Part shown: positions 28,221 to 39,400 of the stretch, in pieces | How positions within the stretch are numbered: the stretch's first letter is position 1 | Layout: each line of letters opens with the position of its first letter | Source of the DNA: an uncultured Acidobacteriota bacterium | Lineage (GTDB): Bacteria > Acidobacteriota > Thermoanaerobaculia > Gp7-AA8 | NCBI GenBank assembly: GCA_963822445.1 | Contig: CAWGHO010000003.1 | Span: 1,248,001-1,312,000 of the forward strand | Direction: 5' to 3' | DNA: 64,000 nt | Translations under genes and position numbers: made by a program | The notes under the pieces: model-generated | What the model saw: only the letters and a program-made list of their open reading frames with translations | Databases searched by the model: none | What the model was told of the DNA's origin: nothing

Positions 28221-31200
28221 GCACGTACGTCGGATCCTCGGTGCGATTGTCGACCACCGATCCATATCCGGCGATGCGTCCGCTGCCCGAGATGACGCGT
28301 AGCGTGATCCGGCCGTTGTAAACGTTGGTGTAGCCGGCCGACTTGAAGACGCGGCCGATCTGCATGAACTCCCCGCCGGCGAGATCGAACTCGAGGACGC
28401 CGGTCTCCTTCGCGTCGGGCGTGCGCATGGTCATCTCGACGCGAATGGGATTACCGGTGACTTCGACGAGGCCGACGTTCGAGCGGAAGCTGGCCGAGTC
28501 TTCGAGCTGCAGGATCTCCAGACCTCGCTCGTTGAGGCCGACGGCGTCGGTCGCGGTGACGGCGGGGATGAACTGACCGTACGTGCCGCCGTCCGCTTCA
28601 CGGCTGAAGGTGCGGGCGGTGGCGACGAGCGGCGCGGCGTTCGGCGTCGTCACAGTGACGGCACCGCCCGTTGCGTTGAGCGTCCAGAGCGACGGCAGCA
28701 CGTTGTCGATCGCCAGGACCTGCCCCGCGCCGATGGTGCGATTGACCGAGGCCGGCACGGCGGTCGCGTCGCCGCGCTGCGGTTTGTAATCGAGCGTGAC
28801 CGTGATCGGGTTCGCGCTCGGATTGAAGAGACGCATGTCGGTGTGGAAGTTCGAGCCCGCGTTCAGTTCGGCCACGCCGGGAACGACGTAGCGCGTCGCG
28901 GACAGGCGGCCGGCCTGCACGGGGAAGACCAGCAGCGGATCGGTGGTGTTGCTGTCGAGCACCGACGCATACGCGGTGACCTTGCCGCTCGATGACGTGA
29001 CCGTGACTTCGACGCGTCCGTCGCCGATGGTGACGTCGTTGCCGAAGACGCCGGCGAAGCCAAGCTGGCGATGCTCGTACGGACTGAGGCTGAAGGGAAC
29101 GCTCTTCACCACCGTGCCGGCGGCGTCGAGCAGTTTCACGAGCATGTCCGCGGGCGCGCCCGAGCCTTCGGTGAAGCCCATGTTGGTGCGATAGCGATCG
29201 TTGTGCGCGATCTGCTGCAGGCTGATGCGCGACAGCGAGTCCTTCGAGAAGTCGCTGATGAAGCCCGACAGCGGAAGGGCGGGGATGAACTGGCCGAGCG
29301 TGCCGGTGCTGCTGATCGCGTATGTCCGGCTCGACGCGACGGTCGACAGCGCATTCGGCGCGCCGCCGCTGGCGAGCTTGATCGGGCGGATCTCGAGCGT
29401 GCCCAGTCCGATCTCGCCGAGGACGCCGGCGCCGAACCAGGTCTTTACGACGTCGTCGAGACCCTTCGTCTCATTCGAGCCGATGACCAACGTCGTCTTC
29501 TTGCCGGTTGTCGTTCCATTCGAGGCGGACGGCGTGAAGGAGATGTCGTACGTGATCGCCTCGCCGGCGGCGTTGGCGATGCGGATGTCGGACTGGAAGC
29601 GCGTGCCGATTCCGTCGGCGTGCGCGATCGCCGGGATGAGCAGCGTGCCGTCGGGGGCGCTGGTATTGCGCGGTGTGGGCGACACTGGCGTGACGAGACT
29701 GATCGAGAACGGCAGGGACGAAGTGGTCGTGCCGTGCACGGAGATTTTGCCGGCCGTGCCGTTGACGCGCGAGACGGTGATCGTGCCAGTGGTCGAGCCG
29801 ACCGGCAGTCCGGTCGGGTTGATGGTCAACTGGATGGTCGTGCCGCCGGCGGAGAGCGCACCTGAAGCCGGGAAGGGGCTGATCCAGGGGACGTCGGCGC
29901 TGATGCTGAACGTGTCGGCGTTCGTCGCGGTCTCGCCGAAGCCGGGCACGAGATAGTCCTGAACGAACGGCGTCGTCGTCCCTTCGGGGATGCCGACGAC
30001 GAACTCGGTGCTGTTCGCCGGCTGCGGCACGGTGATGAGCGTGTCGGCCGCGTTCGAGTAAGCGCTCATCTGGCCGTTGCAGGCGGAGATGGCGCGCACG
30101 CGATAGTAGAGGCGCGTGTCGGTGGTGATGCCGGTGTGCGCCGGAATGTTGGCCTTCAGCGCCCCGGCCACGACGGTCGTCGCGGCGCCGATGAAGTCGG
30201 GGTTGTTCGCTTCCTGCAGCTCGAAGGTGAACGAGGCCGCGACATTGCCGGTCCAGGAGACTTCGTACGCCTGCGAGCGTGGCGAAACGGGCGGCGCCGA
30301 AATGACCGGCACCTCGACCGTGGGACAGATCACGGTGATCGTCGCGGTGTTGCTGTTCGCGCTGCCGCAGGTGTTCGTCGCTTTCGCCCAATACTTGAAT
30401 GTGCCCGCGGTCTGGAACGGACCCGGTTCGTAAGCCGGAGACGTCGCGCCCAGGATCGGCTTGGTCGAATCGCCGGAATCGCCTTCGTACCACTGGAAAG
30501 TGATGGTCGCGTCGCCGGACGCGGAGACGTGCAGAAGAGCCTTCGATCCGAGGGAGACGTCGGCGCTGGCGGGCTGATTGGAGATCGTCGGCGGAACGCA
30601 TTGCGAGCCAACGGTAATCACCGCGGCATCGCTGTCATCGGATCCGCAGGCGTTGGTGACGCGGACCCAGTAGGTCGTGGTCGCGTTCAGCGCCGGAGTC
30701 TTGAACTGAGTCGAGTTGGTTCCGACTTTCGTCGTGGTGATGCCGCGCTCGCCCTGGTACCAGGCGAAGGTCAGCGGACTGGTGCCGGTCGCCGCGGCCA
30801 GTAAGGTCACGGTATTGCCGGGCTGAATGCGCTGGCTCTGCGGATGGGTGCTGATCTCGGCGTCGGTGCACTCCGTCGGAGTGACCGTCACGGTGTTGCT
30901 GCTTGCGGTTCCGCACTCGTTGGTGACCTTGACCCAGTACTGGTGCTCGGTGGTGATGTTCGGAGTCTGGAAGGTGGACTGGTTGGTGCCGACCGGCGAA
31001 TTGGTCTGGCCCGTTGCGCCTTCGTACCACTGGTAGGTGCGCGGCGTGCTGCCGGTGGCGTTCGCGGTGAGGGTGGTCCTGTTGCCGTACGTGACCGTGC
31101 CTCCGCCGGTGACGCTGGTGATGCCCGGCGCGCTGCACGCCAGCCCCGCTCCATAAACCTCGGTCGCCGCGTCGATGTCCCAGTTGCGCAGAGTCGCGCC

Positions 31201-32289
31201 CTGGGTGTTCGGCGGGGCGCTGTGCATGATCGCGTCTGTCGTTTTCGGCTCGGCGTCATTCGAGTGGCGCAGGCCGAGGCAGTGGCCGATCTCGTGGGCC
31301 ATGTACGAGGCGAAGGTGAGCGGCCCATACGAGCCCGGACGGAAGAGAACGTCCCCGTCGATGATGCTGTAGAACTGCTCGCCGTCGAACGTGTGCACGT
31401 CGGTGGTGGCCCAGGCGATGCCGCAGGCGATCGCGCCGTCGCAGGTGCCGATCGGCGAGGAAGAGTTGTTGTCGAACATCAACGCGTTGATGCCGTCGGG
31501 CGTGGACGTGGTGACCCCGGTCGGGCCGGCCAGGTTCAACGCGAGATAAGGCGCGGCGCCGTCCCAGGCGCCGAGGGCGGATTCGACTCCGCTGAGGGTA
31601 TCGGCGACGCCGTCCTGACTGTCGTTGACCACGAAGTTGATGTTGCAGATCGGAGTGCCGTCGCACGGCCAGCGGACCGGGCGCCGCGGGGGCGTGCCGG
31701 GCGGGTCGGCGGTGGTGGTGTAGGAGGAGGCGAGGGCGTTGGTTTCCGGAGAAAACCGCGCGTGCGACACGGGCATCGGCAGGGGCGGAGCGGTGGTCTT
31801 GCCGAGAACGAAGTCGATGACGTCGTTCACAGGGAACATCGTGGAGTCGCCGTCGTTCGTGCGGACGAGCATGTCCTTGCCGCCCTCACGAACGAAGCGG
31901 AGCGCACCAGCGGACATGTAGGTGGTGAAGTACGTTCCGTCGCCGCGCGCCCGGAGGAAGGCCAGCACGCGTGAGCCCGGCTGGTACGCCGGCGCGCCGG
32001 AGACGATCATCATCAGATTGTCGACCGTGCCGCCGAGCTCGGTGACGGTGACGAGGTCGGAGGAGAGGGCGCCGCGGAGCACGCGCTCGACGCGGAAGCG
32101 GTAGTCGGTGACGATGGCCCGATCGGCGGTGCGGGAGGCCTCGCTTTCCACGGTGGCGATGACCACCAGGTCGGCGCGCTCGATCAGCTGTCCATCGGTG
32201 ACCGGGCGATCGAAGGTAGCCGCCGGAAGGGTGGAAACAGCAAGAAAAAAGAACAAAACGGCCAGGAAGGCACGACGCATGGGGAACAT
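28210..32289 (-). CDS. Secreted matrixin-like (metzincin) metalloprotease with Ig-like, FN3-like and BACON-like domains and the shared C-terminal module
   Basis: Signal peptide; HEIGHCLGLRH plus AIMH Met-turn; three Ig-like repeats (YQWYEG...YWVKVTN.CG); ends with DNRTEDPTYVPSQ. Confidence 0.88.
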   Translation of the reverse strand: MFPMRRAFLAVLFFFLAVSTLPAATFDRPVTDGQLIERADLVVIATVESEASRTADRAIVTDYRFRVERVLRGALSSDLVTVTELGGTVDNLMMIVSGAPAYQPGSRVLAFLRARGDGTYFTTYMSAGALRFVREGGKDMLVRTNDGDSTMFPVNDVIDFVLGKTTAPPLPMPVSHARFSPETNALASSYTTTADPPGTPPRRPVRWPCDGTPICNINFVVNDSQDGVADTLSGVESALGAWDGAAPYLALNLAGPTGVTTSTPDGINALMFDNNSSSPIGTCDGAIACGIAWATTDVHTFDGEQFYSIIDGDVLFRPGSYGPLTFASYMAHEIGHCLGLRHSNDAEPKTTDAIMHSAPPNTQGATLRNWDIDAATEVYGAGLACSAPGITSVTGGGTVTYGNRTTLTANATGSTPRTYQWYEGATGQTNSPVGTNQSTFQTPNITTEHQYWVKVTNECGTASSNTVTVTPTECTDAEISTHPQSQRIQPGNTVTLLAAATGTSPLTFAWYQGERGITTTKVGTNSTQFKTPALNATTTYWVRVTNACGSDDSDAAVITVGSQCVPPTISNQPASADVSLGSKALLHVSASGDATITFQWYEGDSGDSTKPILGATSPAYEPGPFQTAGTFKYWAKATNTCGSANSNTATITVICPTVEVPVISAPPVSPRSQAYEVSWTGNVAASFTFELQEANNPDFIGAATTVVAGALKANIPAHTGITTDTRLYYRVRAISACNGQMSAYSNAADTLITVPQPANSTEFVVGIPEGTTTPFVQDYLVPGFGETATNADTFSISADVPWISPFPASGALSAGGTTIQLTINPTGLPVGSTTGTITVSRVNGTAGKISVHGTTTSSLPFSISLVTPVSPTPRNTSAPDGTLLIPAIAHADGIGTRFQSDIRIANAAGEAITYDISFTPSASNGTTTGKKTTLVIGSNETKGLDDVVKTWFGAGVLGEIGLGTLEIRPIKLASGGAPNALSTVASSRTYAISSTGTLGQFIPALPLSGFISDFSKDSLSRISLQQIAHNDRYRTNMGFTEGSGAPADMLVKLLDAAGTVVKSVPFSLSPYEHRQLGFAGVFGNDVTIGDGRVEVTVTSSSGKVTAYASVLDSNTTDPLLVFPVQAGRLSATRYVVPGVAELNAGSNFHTDMRLFNPSANPITVTLDYKPQRGDATAVPASVNRTIGAGQVLAIDNVLPSLWTLNATGGAVTVTTPNAAPLVATARTFSREADGGTYGQFIPAVTATDAVGLNERGLEILQLEDSASFRSNVGLVEVTGNPIRVEMTMRTPDAKETGVLEFDLAGGEFMQIGRVFKSAGYTNVYNGRITLRVISGSGRIAGYGSVVDNRTEDPTYVPSQ

Positions 32290-32365
32290 CCTCCGGTTCG
32301 GTCTGAGAGAGTTATTGTAGTCGAGCCTGACCGCGTAAAGCGCTTTGCGGTACCATTTCCGTGCG

Positions 32366-32950
32366 ATGCCCGAGCCCGCCCCGATTCACGAGCATGCCTT
32401 CGACAATCTCCGCTACATCCGCGAGGCGATGGAGCGCGCCAGCGCGTTCACGTCGATCCCCGGCTGGGGCGGAGTGCTGGTCGGAGTGACCGGCGTGATT
32501 ACGGCGGTGATCGCCCATCCCAAACCGGCGTCGAGGGAGTGGCTCTGGACGTGGCTCGTCGACGCGTTCGTGGCCGCCTTGATCGGCGGCGTGGCGATGG
32601 CCCGAAAGGCAAAGCAGGCCAATGTCTCGTTCACGGGGGCGCCGGCCCGGCGATTTTTCGTGAGCTACCTGGCACCGATCGTGGCCGCGGCGATCCTCAC
32701 ACTGCTGCTGGCGAGGCTGGGCATGTTTGCCGCCCTTCCGGCGACCTGGCTGCTGCTGTACGGCGCGTCGTTCATCAGCAGCGGTGCGTATTCGATTCGC
32801 GTGGTGCCGGTAATGGGCGTGTGCTTCATGGTCCTCGGCGTGATCGCCTGTTTCGTGCCCTTCACGATCGGAAATGCTTTATTGGGCACCGGCTTCGGCG
32901 GCCTGCACATCATCTTCGGTTACGTAATCGCAAGGAGCTACGGTGGCTAG
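32366..32950 (+). CDS. Integral membrane hypothetical protein
   Basis: About six hydrophobic segments; NLRYIREAMERAS and FGGLHIIFG; paired with the downstream winged-helix regulator. Confidence 0.8.
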   Translation: MPEPAPIHEHAFDNLRYIREAMERASAFTSIPGWGGVLVGVTGVITAVIAHPKPASREWLWTWLVDAFVAALIGGVAMARKAKQANVSFTGAPARRFFVSYLAPIVAAAILTLLLARLGMFAALPATWLLLYGASFISSGAYSIRVVPVMGVCFMVLGVIACFVPFTIGNALLGTGFGGLHIIFGYVIARSYGG

Positions 32951-33021
32951 CGGGCACGGCCCGCAGCGCCGGTTGCCCAAGGCTTAGGCACGAGAGTCGT
33001 CAAACGCAGGAGCAAACTAGG

Positions 33022-33396
33022 ATGGCTTCAAGAGCAACAGCAGCAGCACGAAAGACTTCCGAACAACCCGCACCGCGCCGGCAGCCGGTCGAAACGCAGA
33101 TCCCCGATTTCGATCGCCTGATTCACGAGAAGACCCGCCTGGCGATCGTGAGCGCGCTGGCCGTGAATACGACCCTGAGCTTCAACGAGCTCAAGGCGAT
33201 CCTCAAGACGACCGACGGCAACGTGAGCGTGCACGCCCGCAAGCTCGAGGAAGCGGGTTACCTCTCGTGCAAGAAGTCGTTCGAGGGGCGCATGCCCAAG
33301 ACTGAGTACTCGCTGACCGCCGCGGGGAAGAGAGCGCTGGAGAAGTACCTCGGGCACATGGAAGCGCTGATTACTGCGGTAGGCGGTAGGCGGTAG
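33022..33396 (+). CDS. Winged-helix transcriptional regulator (HTH_34, ArsR/MarR-like)
   Basis: FDRLIHEKTRLAIVSAL...SFNELK..L.TTDGNVSVHARKLEEAGY...PKTEYSLT..G; AGGAG SD before ATG 33022. Confidence 0.9.
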   Translation: MASRATAAARKTSEQPAPRRQPVETQIPDFDRLIHEKTRLAIVSALAVNTTLSFNELKAILKTTDGNVSVHARKLEEAGYLSCKKSFEGRMPKTEYSLTAAGKRALEKYLGHMEALITAVGGRR

Positions 33397-33488
33397 GCAG
33401 TAGGCGGGAGAACGTTGTTGCTGGTTCTCCTGCCTACCGCCTACCGCGAGCCGCGCCTTGGCGCGGCGTACTGCCTACTGCCTACTGC
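33376..33488. repeat. Composite heptamer-repeat palindromic element, copy 1
   Basis: (GCRGTAG)x4, GGAGAAC...GTTCTCC, (CTACCGC)x2, GCCGCGCC-TT-GGCGCGGC, (STACTGC)x3; contains both convergent stop codons. Confidence 0.85.
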
Positions 33489-36400
33489 GCTGGCACGTAC
33501 GTCGGGTCGTTCGTCTTTGCGTCGATCACTGATGCATACGCCGTGGCCCGGCCCTCGCCGCCGACGGCGCGGACGGTGACGCGGGCGTTGTAGACGTCGC
33601 CCATCCCCAGGCCGGCCAGCATGCTGGTGATCTGGCGGAACTCATTGGGGGCCAGATCGACCTGAACGGTTGCCGTGAGTTTCGCGTCGGGGGGCACGAT
33701 CGAGACTTCGAGCGAGACCGGCTTGCCGGTCACTTCGGCGAGGCCGATGTTCGAGCGATACCTTGGCGACTCTTCGACCTGCAGGAGCTGCAGCGGACGC
33801 GAGCCCACACCGACCGCTTCGGCCGGCGTGACCGCGGCGATGAACTGGCCGTACGTGCCCTGGGTGGTCAGGTTGTACGTCCGGGCGGTGGCGATGAGTC
33901 GCGCGGAATCCGCGCTGGTGACGTGCACCGCGCCGCCGTTCTGACTCACACCGAACGTCCCGGTCAGGATCTTGTCGAGCTGGCGCACTTCGCCGGGCTG
34001 CAAGGTCATGCTGGTGACCTTCGGCGCGCCGCCGTTCTGCGAATAGAACGAAAGCGTCAGCTGCTCGGCCGTCGAGCCGGCGTTGAACACGCGCATGTCC
34101 GTCTGCCAGTTCGCGGCGCCGTTGTTCAGATCCGCGACGCCGGGGACGACCCATCTCGTGTTGGCGCTGTCGCTCAGCGTGACCGGCGAGACCAGCAGCG
34201 GATCGGCGGTCTTGTTGTCGAGCACCGACGCGTACGCGGTGACCTTGCCGTTGCCGCTGGTGACGGACACTTCCACGCGGCCGTCATCGAGCGAGGTGAT
34301 GCCGTGCTGCGAGAGGAATCCGTTGAGCTGCGTGTGCTGGCCGCCCTTGAGCAGGACCTCGAACTCGGTGAGCTTCGCGCCGGTCGAGCCGAAGACCTTG
34401 ACCAGCAGGTTGGCCGGCTCGCCCGAGCCTTCGACCAGGCCGAGGTTCGTGCGGTATTGCGAGGAGTGGGCGATCTGCTGCAGCGAAAGCACCTTCGACT
34501 GATCGACGAAATTCGCGAACGGAATGGCGGGGATGTACTGACCGAACGTGCCGTTTGGGGTGATGTTGAACGTGCGCGACGAGGCGAAGGTGACGATGTT
34601 CGCGAGCGCGCCAACCGCCGCGCTCGACGTCGACTTCGCGACCTCGGTCAAAGGCCGGACTTCGAGCGAGCCGACGGAGTTCGTCGAGCCCGTGCCGAAC
34701 CAGGTCTTCAGGATGTCGTCGAGGGCGACGGTGCGCCCGGGCTCGATCGAGAAGGTGGTCTGCCGGCCGGCGGTGATGCCCGCGTCGCCGCTGGGGATGA
34801 AGCTGAGCTGGTACTTCATGACCTGCGCGGAGGTGTTGCTCACGCGGACGTCGGACTGGAAGTGCGAGCCGATGCCGTCCGCATTCGCGACCGCGGGGAT
34901 CACCAGCGCATCGGGCGGCGGTGTGTTCTTCGGCGTCGGCGTGACCGGCGAAACGAGGCTGATGGACACCGGCTTGGTCACGGTCGTACCTGTCGTTCCG
35001 GTGCGGCCGGAGGAACCGGTGGTGATCGCAACGCCGCCGATGTTCGTGCCCGGAGGCAGACCGGCGGTGTTGACGACGACGGTGAGCGTGCGGCCGCCCG
35101 GCGGCACGCTGCCGTTCGACGGGGAGACGGTGATCCACGACGCGGTCGGCGTCGCGGTGAAGGGTTCGCCGGCCAGCTCGGGTCCGAGGGTCAGCGTGTA
35201 CTCGACGAAGTTGGCGTCACCGATCGGCGAAGAGCCCTCGGAGGTCGACTCGGGAAGGATGTAGACGAGCGCCGTCGAGGAGTACGGTCCCATGTTCGAC
35301 GGATTGCAGCGCGTGTCGATCGCGCGTACTCGAACATATTTCGCGATCGGCTCGGTACCACGGTTGGTGAACAGGACGGCGCGCTGGCGCGCGTTGCCGG
35401 TGTCGTTCGTCGTCGTCGAGCCCGCGGCGAAATCAGGATCGGTGGAGATCTCGAACGAGTAGCTGGTCGCGCCGGGAACGAAGGACCATTGCAGGAGACT
35501 TACGACACCAGAAGAGAGCTGACCCGGCGCCGAGATGACCGGCGCTTCGAGTTGCGAACAGGCCGCGACTTGCGGAATCACGACGAAGCGGCTTTCTGTC
35601 GAGTCGAGCGCGGCACAACCCTGAGCGAAGCGGGTCCGGACGAACCAGCGTCCGGCGCCGAGCTGGCGCTGCACGTTCGGCGCGTCGGATTCATCCGTCG
35701 TTCTGACGAGCTCCGGTTCGGCATTGCCGTGCGAGACGTACAACTCGTACGAGGTCGCGCCGGCAACGTCGTTCCAGTCGAGGAACATCGGCGAGGCGAT
35801 GCGCTCACCCTCGGACGGCGCGTGCAGAACGGCGCGCTCGTTGGCGGTGCAGTTCGGCGGCGGCTCGTAGGTGAACCGGCGATGATCGGACTCGGTCGCG
35901 CCGCAACCGCTGAAGATCGCGCGAACGAACCACTCCAGATGACCCGTCGCTACTTCCGCGGTCGCCGACGTCGACGGCGTGGTGACGATGAGCGTCGGCA
36001 CGCCGCCGACCGGCGCAAGGTAAAGCTCGTATTCGATCGCGTTTGCCACCGTGGTCCAGGAGAAGTTCACCGTGGCATTCGAGGTGGTGAAGTCGATCGA
36101 CGGGCTGAGGAGCGCCGGGCGTCCGCGATCGTCGCAGTTCTGCGCGGGAAGAACGGTGAACGTCCATCGCTGCGACTCGCGTGATGGGCATCCGGGGAAG
36201 AGCGTCTCGACCCACCAGGTGTGCGTCCCGGCGGGGATGACTTTCGTCAGCGTGGTATCGAGCGTCGAAGCGAGAACCTCGGGCGCACTCATTCCGGACT
36301 GCAACCAGACGCGATAACCGCTCGATGCGCTCACCGCGGTCCAGCGGAACTCGATCATGCCGTTGGAGATGCTGATGCCGTTCGCGGGCTGGGTCAGCGT

Positions 36401-39400
36401 CGCGACGCCTTCGCACGTCGCCGGCTGCTCGACGGTGAACGACTCCTCGGTGGAGCGGGTCGACGGACAGCCGCTGAAGAGCGTGTCGACGACGAAGGTG
36501 ATGGCGCCCGGCGGGAACGACGCGGTGAGCGAGGTCGCGGTGGTCATCGGGCCCGCGTCCTGGAGTGCTTCGTCGCCGAGGCGATAACGGACGATGTAGC
36601 CGATCGCGTTCGGCACGGCGTTCCAGGACAGGGTCACCGGTGAATCGAACGAGCCGCCGTCCGGCGAGAGGCCGGTGGCAACGCCGTTTCCGGCGCAGGT
36701 GTCGATCTGAGGAACGGTGAAGGAGCGGACGGCCGACGGTTTCGGCGTGCACGACTGCGCGCCGTTCGCGATGACCTGCCAATTGAATGAGCCGCTGGAC
36801 AGCTCGATCGTGAACGCGGTGTTCGCCGTTGTCGCGGCGAGCGTCAGATCGTCACCCGCTTCGCCGATCCAGAGCTCGTACAGCGTCGCGTTCGCGACCG
36901 GATCCCAGTCGAAGGTCACCGGCGAGGTGAGGTTGTTCGCGCCGTTTTCGGGCGCGACGAGATTCGGCTCGTTGGGCGGGCACTGCGCGGGCGGCGCGGA
37001 GACCGACGTCGTCGCGGAGCTGCTGTCGTTGCTGTTGCTCGGATCGGCGCTGGTCGTGCTGACCGTGGCGATGTTGGTGACCGTCGCCGGGCCCTGCGGT
37101 GCGGTGACGTCGATGGTGATGACCTGCGAGGCGCCGGCGGCGAGCGTGCCGAGGCTGCAGTTCACATTCGGACCGCTGGTGCAGAGACCAGATGAGACGG
37201 AGACGAAGGTGACGTTCGCGGGCAGGATGTCGCTCACCGTCACCGCGTCGGCGTTCGCCGGTCCGTTGTTGGTGATGGTCAGCGTGTAGGTGAAGCTCGC
37301 GGCCGAGGCGACATTCGCCGGTGCGGACTTGGTGATGGCTACGTCGGCCTGGTTGCTCGTGACGGTGATCTGGTGCGTTGCGCTGCCGGTGCACTGGCCG
37401 GCGGTCACGTTCACGCCGAGCTGGGTGGTGCCGACCGAGCCGGCGGTGACGGTGATGTTGTTCGTGCCCTGGCCGCCAGTGATGGTGCCGTTGGTGATCG
37501 ACCAGTTGTAGGTTGCGCCGCTGACGGCGGTCGCGGTCGCGGCTCCGTTCGCGCCGGGATTGAGCGCGGTGGGAGCGGTGATGCTGATCGTCGGACAGGC
37601 GGAGATGGCGGTCGTGATCGAAGCCGTGTGCGGATTCGGATCGCTCGAGGACGTAACCGTCGCGACGTTCGTCACCGAGTACGCCGGTCCGCCGCTGAAC
37701 GAGTAGGTCGCCTGAACCGATGCGCTCTGTCCGGAGTTGAGCGTGCCGAGCGAGCAGGGGAACGCCGTGCAGGCGCCGGTGGCAGAAACGAAGGTCAGAT
37801 CGGCAGGCGTCGGATCGGAGAGCGTGACGCTGTTCGCCGCGGACGCTCCGCCGTTGGTCACGTTGATGGTGTAGGTGATGGTGCTGGCGTTCGTCGGCGA
37901 GACGCTCGTTGGGCCGGTCTTCGTCACGCTCAGCGTGGTGGCGGTGATGGGGAAGGCCGTGTTTGCGTTGCTCGAGCACGAGTTGACGGTAGCCGTCACG
38001 TTGAGGCTCACCGTGCCGCTCGGGCCGGCGGTGAGGTTGATGGTGTTCGTGCCCTGGCCGCCGGTGATCGTGCCGTTGGTGATCGACCAGCTGTAGGTCG
38101 CGCCGGCAACGGACGTCGCGGTCGCAGTTCCAGCCGCGCCGGGCTCGAGTGAGGTGGGAGCGGTGATGGTGATCGTCGGGCAGGCCGCGACGTTCGTGAC
38201 GACCGAGGCGCTGTTGTTGCCGGAGTTCGGATCGTTGGCCGAGGAAACGGTGGCGACGTTGGTCACCGCGTATGCCGAACCGCCGGTGAACGAGTAGGTC
38301 ACCTGCACGTTCGCTGTCTGTCCGTTGGTGAGTGTGCCGAGCGAGCAGGGGAACGCCGAACAGGCGCCGGTTGCGGAGACGAAGGTGAGGTTGGCCGGCG
38401 TCGGATCGGACAACGTGACGCTGTTCGCGACCGACGGGCCGTTGTTGGTCACGTCGATCGAGTAGGTGAAGGTGCTGGCCGTCGCCGGCGAGACGTTCGC
38501 CGGGCCGCTCTTCGCCACGGAGAGATCGGCGTGGACGGGATTGATGGTGACGACCGCGCTCGGATTGCTGACGCAGCTGCCGCTGGTGACGTTGACGCCG
38601 AGGCTCACCGTGCCGCTCGTACCGGCGGTGAAGGTGATGCTCGAAGTGCCCTGGCCGCCGGTGATCGTGCCGTTGCCGATCGACCAGTTGTAGGTCGCAC
38701 CGGCGACACTGGTGACGCTGGCGACGTTGCCGGCCGATCCGCCGTTGACCGCGCCGGGCGCGGTGATGGACGTGGCCGGGCAGTTGGAGACGGTCGTGAC
38801 GACCGACGAGGAATCGTTGCTCGTGTTGCTGTCTGCGGCCGAGCTGACCGTGGCGGTGTTGGTGTAAGTCGTACCGACCGCGCCGCTGATGGAGTAGGTG
38901 ACCTGAACGTTGCTGGTCTGGCCGACGCTCATCACGCCGAGGTTGCAGGGGAGGGTGGCGCAGTCACCGGTGACGCTGAGCTGCGTCAACCCGTTCGGCG
39001 TCGAATCATCGAGAGTCACCGCGCTCGCTTCGGAAGGACCGTTGTTCGTGACCGCGATCGAGTAGGTCACGGTGCTGCCCGACTCCGGCGGCACGTTGGA
39101 CGGACCGGCTTTCACGACCGCGACGTCCGCTTCCTGGGCGATGGCGTTGGTCGCCGTGGAGGTGTCGTCGCTGGAATCGAGATCGGTCGGCGACGCGGCA
39201 CTGACGCTCGCCGCGATCTGCGCGTTGCCGGTCGCGTTCGGAGAGACGCTCCAGGTCGCATTGATGGTGACCGACTGACCGATGGTGAGGTTGCCGAGCG
39301 CGCAGGGGAAGCCGTTCGTGCACGCTCCGCTGGCCGAGCTGAAGGTGAGCTGCGCGGACGGTGTGATCGCGAGCGTCACGCTGTTCGCGGTGTCGGGACC

